Assembly: GCA_041499805.1 (NCBI GenBank) | Contig: JBGQKZ010000010.1 | Coordinates: forward strand, 28,224 to 92,223 | DNA length: 64,000 bases | DNA from: Gemmataceae bacterium | GTDB taxonomy: Bacteria; Planctomycetota; Planctomycetia; Gemmatales; Gemmataceae | Direction: 5' to 3' | Shown: positions 18,051-27,738 of the stretch, piece after piece | How positions within the stretch are numbered: the first letter of the stretch is position 1 | How the letters are laid out: the number at the start of each line of letters is the position of its first letter | Notes under the pieces: generated by a model | Database searches by the model: none | Seen by the model: the letters and a program-made list of their open reading frames with translations, nothing else | What the model was told of the DNA's origin: nothing | Position numbers and translations under genes: made by a program

Positions 18051-20282
18051 ATGCAAGGTCCCACTGTCCTGCCGTTCACCAACCTGGAAGACTCCAACCT
18101 TTACATCAACCGCGAGTTGAGTTGGCTCGAGTTCAACCGTCGCGTGCTTGAAGAGGCTCAGGATCCGCAAGTCCCACTGCTTGAACGCCTTAAGTTCCTT
18201 GCAATCTTCAGCTCGAATCTCGATGAGTTCTTCATGGTGCGGGTTGGCGGTCTGCAGCAGAAGGTGCAGGCACGGATTGCGCAGGGGTCCGGCGCGGATC
18301 GCATGCCGCCGACCGAGCAATTGGAACGCATCGGCCAACTGGTGCGGCAGCTTGTGGCGGAGCAATATCGCATCTGGAAAGAGGAAGTGCAGCCCGCGCT
18401 GGAACGTGAGGGAATTGTCATCCGCGGCCTACGAGACTTGACCGAAGCCGAAGTGAAACACCTGCGTGAAGTTTTCCGCCAGCAGATTTTCCCCGTGCTG
18501 ACGCCGCTCGCGATTGACGCGGGCCATCGCTTCCCGCACTTGTCGAACAAGTCGCTCAACCTTGCCGTGCAGCTGCAAAGGCCGGGTCAGCCGGACAAAT
18601 TGCTTGCGGTCGTGCAGGCGCCGGCGGTGTTGCCGCGGTTCGTGCAGCTCTTGCCCATCCCGCAGTTCCTGGCGGCGGAGAAGGCGTCGGCGACGAGTGT
18701 GGACGGCACGGGCAAGGGCCATGTTTTTGTGCCGCTCGAAACCGTCATTCGCATGCACCTGCCGGACTTGTTCCCCGGCATGGAAATCCTCGGAGCCACC
18801 GTCTTTCGCGTCACCCGCGACAGCGAGTACGAGATTGACGACGATGAAGTGGAGGATCTGCTCAAGACCATCGAAGAAGAAATCCGCAAGCGGCGCCGCG
18901 GCGCGGCGGTGCGCTTGGAAGTCGATGTTGACGATCCGCCGGAGGTCGAGCAGTTCCTGACCAATGCTCTGGATCTCGATCCGCAAGACGTGTACCGCAT
19001 TCCAGGTCTGATCGACCTGAATGGGCTGTTTCAGATTCATGGCCTAACCGGTTACCCGCAGTTGCGCGATCCCCATTTTGTGACGCAGCTGGTGCCGGAG
19101 TTCGTGCAGGCGCCTGACCCGTGGACGGCAATTCGCAGCCGCGACATCCTGCTGCACCACCCTTATGAGTCGTTCAGCCATGTCGTTGATTTCATCGACG
19201 CCGCGGCCGACGACGAGCGCGTGCTGGCCATCAAACAGACGCTCTACCGCACGAGCAGCGATTCACCGGTGGTCAAGGCGTTGCAGCGGGCGGCGGACAA
19301 CGGCAAACAAGTGACGGCGGTCATCGAATTGAAAGCCCGCCTGGATGAAGAACGGAATATTGCGTGGTCGCGCGAGTTGGAAAAGGCAGGCGTACATGTC
19401 GTTTTCGGTTTCATCGGCTTGAAAACGCACTGCAAGGTCTCGCTCGTTGTCCGCCGCGAGGACGACGGCATCCGCCGCTACGTGCATCTCGCGACCGGCA
19501 ACTACAACCCGCAGACGGCGCGTGTCTATACCGATCTCGGTTATTTCACGTGCAATCCTGACTTTTGCGACGACGCGTCGGCTCTGTTTAACTACTTGAC
19601 CGGCTACTGTGAGTTGCCGCAGTTCAAGAAGCTCGTCGTCGCGCCGAGCCGTATGCAGACCTTTTTCATCGAAAAGATCGACCAGGAGATCGTGCATCAA
19701 ACCGCGGGTCGGGGAGGGCGGATTATCGCCAAGATCAACGGTCTCCTGGAACCAGCGGTGGTGCAGGCGTTGTACCGTGCCAGCCAGGCGGGGGTGCGGA
19801 TCGACATCATTTGTCGCGGCATCTGCGCGCTGCGGCCGGGACTTCCGGGGGTGAGCGACAATATCCGCATCACGTCGATCGTGGACCGCTTCTTGGAACA
19901 CAGCCGGATTTTCTACTTCGGCAACGCCGGCGATCCACAGGTCTACATCGGCTCGGCCGACTGGATGGACCGCAACCTGAGCCGGCGCGTGGAGGCGGTC
20001 TGGCCGATCGACCCGCCGGACTTGAAGCAACGGCTGATCCGCGAGATTCTGGCGACGTCGTCGGCGGACAACATCAAAGCGCGGGAGCTGCGGGCCGACG
20101 GCACCTACCGCCGGGTTCCCCCGGAGCCGGGCCAGCCGCGCGTTCGCAGTCAGGAACGGTTCCTGGAGATTGCCGCTCAGAACGCAGCCCGCCGGCTCCC
20201 CGAAGTGCCGACGCCGCCGCTGCCCGTGGAAAACGTCCTTCCCTCGAAGGCGAGGCGGCCGCGCAAGCGACAAACGGGGTAG
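18051..20282 (+). CDS. ppk: Polyphosphate kinase 1
   Basis: 743 aa with the canonical PPK1 N-terminus (LYINRELSWLEFNRRVLEEAQDP..LLERLKFLAIFSSNLDEFFMVRV) and the two PLD-like HKD regions. GAGGAG RBS. Confidence 0.95.
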   Translation: MQGPTVLPFTNLEDSNLYINRELSWLEFNRRVLEEAQDPQVPLLERLKFLAIFSSNLDEFFMVRVGGLQQKVQARIAQGSGADRMPPTEQLERIGQLVRQLVAEQYRIWKEEVQPALEREGIVIRGLRDLTEAEVKHLREVFRQQIFPVLTPLAIDAGHRFPHLSNKSLNLAVQLQRPGQPDKLLAVVQAPAVLPRFVQLLPIPQFLAAEKASATSVDGTGKGHVFVPLETVIRMHLPDLFPGMEILGATVFRVTRDSEYEIDDDEVEDLLKTIEEEIRKRRRGAAVRLEVDVDDPPEVEQFLTNALDLDPQDVYRIPGLIDLNGLFQIHGLTGYPQLRDPHFVTQLVPEFVQAPDPWTAIRSRDILLHHPYESFSHVVDFIDAAADDERVLAIKQTLYRTSSDSPVVKALQRAADNGKQVTAVIELKARLDEERNIAWSRELEKAGVHVVFGFIGLKTHCKVSLVVRREDDGIRRYVHLATGNYNPQTARVYTDLGYFTCNPDFCDDASALFNYLTGYCELPQFKKLVVAPSRMQTFFIEKIDQEIVHQTAGRGGRIIAKINGLLEPAVVQALYRASQAGVRIDIICRGICALRPGLPGVSDNIRITSIVDRFLEHSRIFYFGNAGDPQVYIGSADWMDRNLSRRVEAVWPIDPPDLKQRLIREILATSSADNIKARELRADGTYRRVPPEPGQPRVRSQERFLEIAAQNAARRLPEVPTPPLPVENVLPSKARRPRKRQTG

Positions 20283-20287
20283 CGAGG

Positions 20288-20413
20288 ATTAGGGATTGGG
20301 GACTCCGGACCGTCATGACCGTACGTCGTTTAACCCGGAGCCAGCGGCGACGGGGTAGTTCCGTCGCCGCTGGCTCCGGGTTAAACGAGGCGGTCATGAC
20401 GGCTCTCTAATCC
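20288..20413. repeat. ~125-bp near-perfect palindrome between the convergent ppk and small secreted-protein genes (bidirectional terminator or MITE-like)
   Basis: Inner 22-bp arms aacccggagccagcggcgacgg / ccgtcgccgctggctccgggtt around ggtagtt. Outer arms gaccgtcatgaccg / cggtcatgacgg and gattagggattgg / ctaatccctat. Confidence 0.7.
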
Positions 20414-20647
20414 CTATTCTTTATCCGGCTTCGGTTTCGGCATTTCCTTGATCGGCTCCGGCTTCACGGCCGGAATGGGGGGCAGCGGCGCCGGTGGAAT
20501 GTGAGCCGGGGCGGCGATCGGGCCGACGGCATACGGCGCACACGGGCACGGGCCGGAGTCGCAGTCGCACACGCCGTGCGTGTGCGAGCAGCCGAGGGCC
20601 GCGCTGAACAGACCGAGTACGGTGAACGAATTCAGGAGACGACGCAT
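20414..20647 (-). CDS. Small secreted Cys/Pro-rich protein (~77 aa)
   Basis: Internal ATG at 20647 gives MRRLLNSFTVLGLFSAALGCSHTHGVCDCDSGPCPC..., a signal peptide with a possible lipobox, followed by a PAPLPPIPAVKPEP tail. Confidence 0.4.
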   Translation of the reverse strand: MRRLLNSFTVLGLFSAALGCSHTHGVCDCDSGPCPCAPYAVGPIAAPAHIPPAPLPPIPAVKPEPIKEMPKPKPDKE

Positions 20648-20970
20648 GGGGCTTCCCTGCCTTTCGTAAACGGGAGCGTCAGCGGGCTGCTTCTTCCTCT
20701 GCGACCCGCTGTCGCGGTTGCTTCCCTCAATTTCGTCCCTTACCAGCGGCACTCTTCACCGATTGGGAGTCATCGCGGCAAACCGGGCTCGCCGGGGGGC
20801 CGGCACAGGCGGTACATTTTCCAGAGGAGCGCTGGAAGCGTTTCGCGCCAAGGCGCCAAGAGGGCAAAGCTCGCACAGGGCCAACTCTTGGCGAACTTGG
20901 CCGACTTTGCGCCTTGGCGAGAAATCTGGTCGTGTTCACGCCAAAGATTGACTTCAGGAGTTTCACGCGT

Positions 20971-21666
20971 ATGGACGCCGTCATCCTCGCCGCCGGTCTT
21001 GGCACTCGCCTCCGACCGCACACCGAGAAAACGCCAAAGCCCCTTCTGCCGGTACGAGGCCGGCCGATCCTCGATTGGACGCTCGGCGCGTTGCCGCGCA
21101 CCGTGGACCGCGTCGTCATCGTCGTGAACTACCTTGCCGAACAGATCGAGGATTATCTGCGCGCGCAAACGCACTTTGCACACTGGCAAACGGTCCGTCA
21201 GCAAGTACCGCGCGGCACGGGGGACGCGGTACGTCACTGCCAGGCGCACCTCCGTTCGGAGCACTTTCTGGCGCTCAACGGCGACGACCTGTTCGGCGCC
21301 GCCGACCTCGCGAAGCTGGCTGCGTGTCCCGCCGGTTTGCTCGTGCATCCCGTGGATGACCCGCAGAAATTCGGCATCGCGTTCTTAAAGGCGGACGGCA
21401 CGCTCGACAAGCTTATCGAAAAGCCCAAACTCACCGGTCGACAGTTAGCCAACACGGGCGCTTACGTTTTTCCGCGCAGCGTGTTCAACATCGAGCTGAA
21501 GCTGTCGCCGCGCGGCGAGTACGAGATCACGGATTACGTGTCGGCGCTCGCGGCGAACGGTCCGGTGCAAGTGGTCGAGGCAAAGTTCTGGATGCCGATC
21601 GGCGATGTGGCGGCGTGGGAGCGCGCGGAGGGGATGGCGTTGGACGCGGTACTGACGCGGAATTGA
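20971..21666 (+). CDS. Sugar-phosphate nucleotidyltransferase (NTP_transferase family)
   Basis: MDAVILAAGLGTRLRPHTEKTPKPLLPV is the G-rich NTP-binding loop of glucose-1-P thymidylyl/uridylyltransferases. Confidence 0.8.
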   Translation: MDAVILAAGLGTRLRPHTEKTPKPLLPVRGRPILDWTLGALPRTVDRVVIVVNYLAEQIEDYLRAQTHFAHWQTVRQQVPRGTGDAVRHCQAHLRSEHFLALNGDDLFGAADLAKLAACPAGLLVHPVDDPQKFGIAFLKADGTLDKLIEKPKLTGRQLANTGAYVFPRSVFNIELKLSPRGEYEITDYVSALAANGPVQVVEAKFWMPIGDVAAWERAEGMALDAVLTRN

Positions 21667-21757
21667 TGCGTCTCTTAAGAGCCGCGCACCGAGCACTGCG
21701 AAGTAAGCGGTTGCCGACATCGAGGAGGCTGCTTTCTTCGTTCGCAGCTTTGGTGTC

Positions 21758-22456
21758 TCATGGTCTCGCTGGACCAGCGGATGCTTGCTGGTCGAGAATC
21801 GTCCGAAGTCGGGCAACTTCTGCTTCTGCCGCCGCGGTGCGTTGGGCTTCGCGGGCGGCTTGCTTCGCGGCCGCGTCACGCTGTTCGTGCAATTCGATGA
21901 ATGTAAGGAATCGTTCGCCGTCTGGGCGGTAAATGACGAGTTCGCCGTCTTCCAACTCCAAGCGCAATCCCAAACGCGGGCTAATCCAGCCTTTCATTAT
22001 CGGGATCTCTTCCAAGCTCGCCCCGGCTCGACGCCAGCCGGTCAGTTCCCCGGTCTCCGGGTCGTAAAAGTAAAACTCCTCGACGCCGTAGCGGTCGTAG
22101 AATTGGAGCTTCCGCGTCAGGTCCGGCGGACGATTACTGGGCGACCAGACCTCGAACACCACGTGCGGCGCGATGTCGCCTTCTTCCCATTGCTTGTACG
22201 AGCCACGGTCTCCTTTCGGCCGGCCGAAGACGACGAGCGTGTCGGGCGCCGTGCAAATCTCCGGGTGGCCTTCCACCGGATACCATAGCAAGTCACCGGC
22301 GACGAAGACGTTCGGGTCATCGCGGAAAAGGGCATCGACGCCGCCCTCGATCATCACGATATAACGGAACTGTTTCGTGTTATCAGCCATCGGTTTCCCG
22401 TCGCTGTCGGGGTAGACGATTCTCTTGGGCTTTGTCAGCGTTAGCGGCGCGCTCAT
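21758..22456 (-). CDS. Uma2 family endonuclease (DUF820)
   Basis: 232 aa. The PD-(D/E)XK-like core (FVAGDLLWYPVEG...PHVVFEVWSPSN) is typical of Uma2. Confidence 0.75.
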   Translation of the reverse strand: MSAPLTLTKPKRIVYPDSDGKPMADNTKQFRYIVMIEGGVDALFRDDPNVFVAGDLLWYPVEGHPEICTAPDTLVVFGRPKGDRGSYKQWEEGDIAPHVVFEVWSPSNRPPDLTRKLQFYDRYGVEEFYFYDPETGELTGWRRAGASLEEIPIMKGWISPRLGLRLELEDGELVIYRPDGERFLTFIELHEQRDAAAKQAAREAQRTAAAEAEVARLRTILDQQASAGPARP

Positions 22457-22506
22457 GGCAATTCTCCTCTCGAACCGTGGCGAGTCGTCGCATTATAGCA
22501 CAGGCA

Positions 22507-23469
22507 TTACCTCAAATACCGCGTCGGTATCTCGGCCCCCGCGACGTAGTTTAGCTTCCCGAGCCGGCACATCTGATACACGTGTATCCGAAAATCGGGA
22601 CACGTGCTTACCAAACAGTACGCGTCCGTCGGCGTGAAGCCGTAGTCGGTGGCGAGCCAGTCCATGAGGTTCACGGTCGCCGTCTCGACCGCGATTTCCA
22701 GAGGCCGGAAGGCGTGAATGGAGATGAGCGACTCCGGCTTCTCGATCCGCATCCACGGTACGCGCTTGCCTTTGATCACCTCCAACTTCAATCGAACGGT
22801 CGCGCACGTCTCCGCCGCGGTGCCGGTGAATTCGGTGTCCCCCTGGCTGGCGTGGACGTCGCCCAAGTAGAAGCGAGCGCCTTCGTGGAAGATCGGCAGG
22901 TAAATCTTGTTGCCGACGGTCACATCGCGAATGTCCAGGTTGCCGCCCCAGTCGCCCTGGCCGTCGAGGCTGGTCGTCACCTCGCGTTCGGGGCAAACGC
23001 CGAGCGTGCCGATGAACGGCGTGATTGGCCAGGAGAGCCGGTCGCTGAAGTGCAGCGTGCCGTCGCGTGTGGTGCCGCTCGGGCCGGGAGTATGATGGAA
23101 AATCTTGGTCGTGTACTCCGCCGACAACTCCGGCCAGCGCGTCGATTCGCCGAGCGGGCCGCGCTTGGGGCCGATGGCGATCCATGAATAGTCGGCGACG
23201 AGAATGTCTTCGATCTGGACGATGAGCGTGTCGCCCTTTTGGGCGCCTTCTACCCAGACCGGCCCGGCGATTGGATTGGCGAGCGGCGGCGACTTGTCGA
23301 AGCCGGGCCGGAGAGCGGGGATCGCCTTGTCAGCCGGCGTCTTGAAATAGGCGCTGCTGGCATCGAACGTCTCGATTTCAAAGCTCTCGCCGGGGCGGAC
23401 GCGGAGGAGCGGTTCGTCACGCCAGTCGAAGGCGAACTTGCGGGCGAGGTCACGCGGGATGCGTTGCAT
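22507..23469 (-). CDS. Acetamidase/formamidase family protein
   Basis: FmdA_AmdA-like sequence (GPVWVEGAQKGDTLIVQIEDI ... GNLDIRDVTVGNKIYLPIFHEGARFYLGDVHASQGDTE). ATG at 23469. Confidence 0.78.
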   Translation of the reverse strand: MQRIPRDLARKFAFDWRDEPLLRVRPGESFEIETFDASSAYFKTPADKAIPALRPGFDKSPPLANPIAGPVWVEGAQKGDTLIVQIEDILVADYSWIAIGPKRGPLGESTRWPELSAEYTTKIFHHTPGPSGTTRDGTLHFSDRLSWPITPFIGTLGVCPEREVTTSLDGQGDWGGNLDIRDVTVGNKIYLPIFHEGARFYLGDVHASQGDTEFTGTAAETCATVRLKLEVIKGKRVPWMRIEKPESLISIHAFRPLEIAVETATVNLMDWLATDYGFTPTDAYCLVSTCPDFRIHVYQMCRLGKLNYVAGAEIPTRYLR

Positions 23470-23936
23470 GAGAAGTCCTTCGTTCGCCGCCGGCATCGCG
23501 CGAACCGACCTGCCGGCGGAACACCGTTCTTCATTTACGGCGAATCGGGCGCTTCATGATAATAGCCGTTCGTAGCCACTTTTTGGAAGTAGGCCATTCT
23601 CATGGATTCCGCAACGTCTTGGCGCATCGTCGCTTGCGTCACGGACAGCCGGTGAAATAAAAAAGGGATGACATAATTCCACTTTGTCCGTTATTCGCCG
23701 TAAATAGGATGGGGACGGGCTTCGAGCGCGCTGCGTTTGCCGAGGCGGTAGGCGAATGTCTCCGGCGGGATGCGGGCCAGGGTCAGCGACGGGTTGACGC
23801 GCAAGGTTGTCTTGTCCTTGCTGAGCCGCATTTTGTCGTCGACGCGGTAGGAGAGGGCGTCTGGAAACGGCGTGGCGGGCGAACCGCCGAGCGAGTGTTT
23901 GGATGGGAAAAATGCCTTGCGCCGTCTTGGCGCTTC

Positions 23937-24707
23937 TCAGTTCGCTCGCCGATGCCTTTGCACAAGATACGCATCCAGTATGCGAACGACTCGAAGCATT
24001 GATTTGACGACCTGGATGACCGTTGACTCGCGCGCGCGTGGATCACGCTGTTTCGCGTCTTGAGGACGCAGGTCGAACGGTACAACTTCTGCCAAGGTTC
24101 TCTGGGCCGCGGGGCCCAAAGATCGCTTCTTTTGAATTTCACGCCGCCAAAGAGCAACAGCATGTCGACTTGAATTGACGGGACCAAGCGCGCTCTCAAA
24201 CAACTCGATCAACGTCAACAGAAAAGTCTCCAGAGCTTCTGGGGGCGCGAAGGACTTACCAGTTCGAAAAAACTTCGTGAGCAATTCGGCCAAAATCTGG
24301 GCGGTCCGGTCTTTTGCGGTCAAGTCGTCAATCGCTAGATTGTCGTACTCACTGAGAACGCCCTTGTAAACTCGCCGCAGTCCATCAAGTACGCTTTGAT
24401 GCGCCTTGGCGGTAATGTTCCTATCACTTGCCCGTGGTCGGTTCGATTCGGGAGCAACTACGGCGTCCGCCAGAGTCAGACCAGGATGGTCCCGATGGAC
24501 TTTCCGACAGCGCTCTTGCCAGAGTTTGAGCCAATGGCAGGAATTCGAGTCGCGCAACGTGATCGCTTCCCATGCTGCCAAAAGCGCGCAGATTTGGAAC
24601 TCCAGCGCCTTAGGCGCAAATAGATAGGGCCGGTGCTGAGCGAGTTCAAGAGTTCTCGCAATCCTGCCGGGGAGGTCCAAGCATTCTGTCTTGGCTGAAG
24701 ACTTCAT
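23937..24707 (-). CDS. Hypothetical protein (256 aa) in a low-GC islet
   Basis: Coding-like composition. Translationally coupled (ATGA) to the upstream 111-aa ORF. Confidence 0.42.
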   Translation of the reverse strand: MKSSAKTECLDLPGRIARTLELAQHRPYLFAPKALEFQICALLAAWEAITLRDSNSCHWLKLWQERCRKVHRDHPGLTLADAVVAPESNRPRASDRNITAKAHQSVLDGLRRVYKGVLSEYDNLAIDDLTAKDRTAQILAELLTKFFRTGKSFAPPEALETFLLTLIELFESALGPVNSSRHAVALWRREIQKKRSLGPAAQRTLAEVVPFDLRPQDAKQRDPRARESTVIQVVKSMLRVVRILDAYLVQRHRRAN

Positions 24708-25039
24708 TGGTTCGTTTCCAACGGTCGCACGACCAGAATGTCCCGTTCCTCAAACATCGCGAAGTACTGTTGCTCCGTCATCCCGGCGGGACCGGTCATG
24801 CGATCGTAGATTCGCTCGTCCGCGCGCACTGCACGATGGTAACGCCAATCGGTAATTACGCCGCCGCCCGGCGGGTTCACTGCACCCAGCCACATCACCG
24901 CCTCATCCGGAGGGGCAATGTGGACAATTTCCCCCTTCCCAATCGCCCTGCGAATGCGCTTTGCGTCAAGCTCACATTTGAAGCGTAACAACTCATCGGC
25001 CGTATACGGCTTTCTCCTCCGGAAACCGCGTGGCCACAT
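24704..25039 (-). CDS. Hypothetical protein (111 aa)
   Basis: Coding-like and overlaps the downstream gene's start by 4 nt. No recognised domain. Confidence 0.38.
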   Translation of the reverse strand: MWPRGFRRRKPYTADELLRFKCELDAKRIRRAIGKGEIVHIAPPDEAVMWLGAVNPPGGGVITDWRYHRAVRADERIYDRMTGPAGMTEQQYFAMFEERDILVVRPLETNQ

Positions 25040-25256
25040 GCGAAAAAACCCGAGGAAATCTCGTTCCCTGGCTGCAATGCCGGCGTATCCGCTCAGTATA
25101 CCTCCTGCGACACCGCTTCACTAGCGAGCTCGATGGTTAGCAGCAGCATCACCTCGTTGGCGAACGGCTGTTCGCGGTAGACGCGCGGCAGGTCCTACGT
25201 GCGGCCGCGGTCGCGGGGTATGCGTTGCATGGAAAGAAGTCCTTGAATGAACTCAG

Positions 25257-25880
25257 ATGGCAAGGACTGTCGCATCATGGCATGATTCGCGAAGGGGCCG
25301 CTTGCACGAATACGCGGCTCCGTTTCGGCCAACCGTTATTCCTATCAGCGGGAAAGTGAAGCAGGCCGTGGAAACCGTGAGAATCTTGCTCCTCAGCATG
25401 GCTGCCGCAGTCGCCTATGGCTTGTTGCAAGACCAAATCACTGTCCGAATTTGCGCGGAATACTTCAGCGTTGCCCATCCGCCCTTATTCTCGACCGATG
25501 ACCCCACTTTGCTTGCACTCGGCTGGGGCGTGCTCGCCACGTGGTGGGTTGGCTTGCTTCTCGGCGTGCCCTTGGCGTTTGTGGCTCGTTTCGGCTCGCG
25601 ACCAAATATAAACGCCCGCAATCTGGTCAAGCCCTTGGCCATACTAATGGGCTCTGTCGCAGTGTTCGCTCTTTTGGCTGGCGTAACCGGATTCGCTCTT
25701 GCGCAGTCAGGCGCGCTGCGGATCGTAGGCTGGCTCGCGACGGCCGTGCCGCCAGACAAACACGCGGCGTTCCTCGGCGATGCGTGGGCACACACCGCCG
25801 CCTATGCGGCTGGTTTCGTCGGCGGTTTTGGATTATCAATGTGGATTTGGCGCCGACGTAACGCCGGCGGAGGTCTCTAG
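25257..25880 (+). CDS. Hypothetical polytopic membrane protein
   Basis: At least four hydrophobic helices (ILLLSMAAAVAYGLL, LALGWGVLATWWVGLLLGVPLAFVA, LAILMGSVAVFALLAGVTGFALA, AAYAAGFVGGFGLSMWIW). Start uncertain. Confidence 0.5.
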   Translation: MARTVASWHDSRRGRLHEYAAPFRPTVIPISGKVKQAVETVRILLLSMAAAVAYGLLQDQITVRICAEYFSVAHPPLFSTDDPTLLALGWGVLATWWVGLLLGVPLAFVARFGSRPNINARNLVKPLAILMGSVAVFALLAGVTGFALAQSGALRIVGWLATAVPPDKHAAFLGDAWAHTAAYAAGFVGGFGLSMWIWRRRNAGGGL

Positions 25881-25882
25881 CA

Positions 25883-26305
25883 GTGCCCGAAATCCTTCTC
25901 ATTCCCGTCTTTTTCCTCGCCATCTGGTTCGGCGTCCTCAACCTCGTCGCCTTCATCGGCGGCTGGACGCGGTTGGCGCGCTCGTATCCGGCGCCGGCTC
26001 ATTTCGAGGGAAAGCGCTGGCGGATGCGGACCGGCATGGGACGGTTCAGCATGCACTACGGCAACTGCTTGCAGATCGGCGCGAACGCGGAAGGGTTGCG
26101 CGTCGCCGTCTTTTTTCCCTTTCGGCCGGGGCATCCGCCGCTGTACTTTCCGTGGGCGGACATCACGATTACTTACGAACGCATGTGGCTCTCGCGCTGG
26201 GCACGTTTGCAGTTCGCCCAGGAACCGGGTGTGCCGTTCTACTTGCCGGAGCATTTGCTACTGACGATTGGCGCGGCAGTCACGGAGAAGGGGCTTGGAC
26301 TTTAG
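25883..26305 (+). CDS. Hypothetical membrane-anchored protein (140 aa)
   Basis: N-terminal TM helix (ILLIPVFFLAIWFGVLNLVAFIGGW). Starts 3 nt after the upstream stop. Confidence 0.48.
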   Translation: MPEILLIPVFFLAIWFGVLNLVAFIGGWTRLARSYPAPAHFEGKRWRMRTGMGRFSMHYGNCLQIGANAEGLRVAVFFPFRPGHPPLYFPWADITITYERMWLSRWARLQFAQEPGVPFYLPEHLLLTIGAAVTEKGLGL

Positions 26306-26338
26306 CGGTCGAAGCAGGGTAGGAAGCAAGGAGCCGTC

Positions 26339-26698
26339 ATGGAGAAGGTCAACCTGCGGGCGAAGTTCGGACAATTCGCGGAGTCGTGGAAGCCGAAAAT
26401 CGCCGGCGAGTTGAACGGGCAGTATGTCAAGCTCGTCAAGTTCATCGGCGAATTTGTCTGGCATCATCACGACAACGAGGACGAGCTGTTCCTTGTGGTC
26501 AAAGGCCGCTTCCGCATGGAATTCCGCGACCGGCATGTGTGGCTGGAGGAGGGCGAGTTCCTCATCGTGCCGCGCGGCGTCGAGCACCGGCCTGTGGCCG
26601 ACGAGGAGGCCGAGGTGCTGCTGTTCGAGCCTGCTGCAACGCTCAATACAGGCAACGTGCGGAACGAGCGCACCGTGCCGGTTCTCGAAAGGCTGTGA
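26339..26698 (+). CDS. Cupin-domain protein
   Basis: Cupin metal-binding motifs (WHHHDNEDELFLVVKG ... GEFLIVPRGVEHRP). Confidence 0.75.
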   Translation: MEKVNLRAKFGQFAESWKPKIAGELNGQYVKLVKFIGEFVWHHHDNEDELFLVVKGRFRMEFRDRHVWLEEGEFLIVPRGVEHRPVADEEAEVLLFEPAATLNTGNVRNERTVPVLERL

Positions 26699-26701
26699 GC
26701 G

Positions 26702-26911
26702 ATGGCGGCGCCACGTCCAGCGGCTGTGCAGAGCCTTTGCGAAACGTGCGCGTTTCTGCGCGAGATTGTCACGCCGAAGGGTTCGCGTTTCTTGCTGTGC
26801 CGGCTCTCCCAGACGGACGATCAATACCCACGGTATCCACCGCAACCCGTCTTGCGCTGTAGCGGGCACCAGCCGCGAAATGCACGCTCGAATCCGCACC
26901 GCGCCGAGTGA
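26702..26911 (+). CDS. Small hypothetical Cys-containing protein (69 aa)
   Basis: Starts 4 nt after the cupin stop. Contains CxxC...C...C. Weak call. Confidence 0.3.
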   Translation: MAAPRPAAVQSLCETCAFLREIVTPKGSRFLLCRLSQTDDQYPRYPPQPVLRCSGHQPRNARSNPHRAE

Positions 26912-27053
26912 GAGGCGGATAAGGTATTCTTTATGCTCATTTCATGGCCGCTTCATCGCGATCGTTTAGACTTCGGTATGCAAACGGCAAGCGCTCGGCC
27001 GGTACAATAGCGGCGCGTCCACGGGCGGCAGCGGCGGCGGGCGAGAGCGCGGC

Positions 27054-27734
27054 ATGGGCATTCGCATCCTGGTGATCGAGGACGAAGACGAGATCGCCGA
27101 CTTTGTCGTGCGCGGCTTGCGCGAGGAAGGCTTCACGGTCGAGCGGGCGGCGAATGGCGAAGACGGTTGGCATCAACTCAAGACCGCAACGTGGGATGTC
27201 GTTCTGCTCGATTGGTGGCTGCCCGGCTCGGACGGCTTGTCGCTCTTGCAGCGGTTTCGGCAACTCGGACAGTTGACGCCGGTTTTGTTTCTAACCGCCC
27301 GCGATGCCGTCTCCGATCGGGTTCGTGGTCTGGACGCGGGCGCCGACGATTACCTGTGCAAGCCGTTCGCGTTTCAAGAACTGCTCGCCCGCGTCCGCGT
27401 GCTGGCGCGCCGGCAGGGGTCGGGCGCGGGTACGGTGCTCGGCTACGAAGACGTGCGCGTCGATCTCGCGACGCAACGGGCCGAGCGGGCCGGCCAGCGT
27501 TTGGAGCTGACGGCGAAGGAATACGCCCTTCTTGTCTTTTTCCTGCGCCATCCCGGCGAAGTGCTCTCCCGCACCCGTATCTACGAACAGGTCTGGGACG
27601 ACCGCTACGACGGACTGTCGAACACGTTGGAAGTTCACGTGATGGAGCTGCGGCGGAAGCTCGAAGGGCACGGCCCGCGGCTGATTCAAACGCTCCGCAA
27701 CCGCGGCTACTTGTTCGGCAACGAGCCGAGGTGA
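27054..27734 (+). CDS. OmpR-family response regulator
   Basis: Receiver domain (ILVIEDEDEIADFV...VVLLDWWLPGSDGLSL...LFLTARD) plus a winged-helix output (LTAKEYALLVFFLRHPGEVLSRTRIYEQVW). Confidence 0.9.
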   Translation: MGIRILVIEDEDEIADFVVRGLREEGFTVERAANGEDGWHQLKTATWDVVLLDWWLPGSDGLSLLQRFRQLGQLTPVLFLTARDAVSDRVRGLDAGADDYLCKPFAFQELLARVRVLARRQGSGAGTVLGYEDVRVDLATQRAERAGQRLELTAKEYALLVFFLRHPGEVLSRTRIYEQVWDDRYDGLSNTLEVHVMELRRKLEGHGPRLIQTLRNRGYLFGNEPR

Positions 27735-27738
27735 CGCC

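Noticed and set aside
19263-20273. 336-aa minus ORF
   Set aside because: Antisense to ppk, which is unambiguous.
23783-24199. 138-aa minus ORF upstream of the 256-aa hypothetical gene
   Set aside because: Arg/Ser-rich and overlaps the AT-rich intergenic region. Composition is not protein-like.
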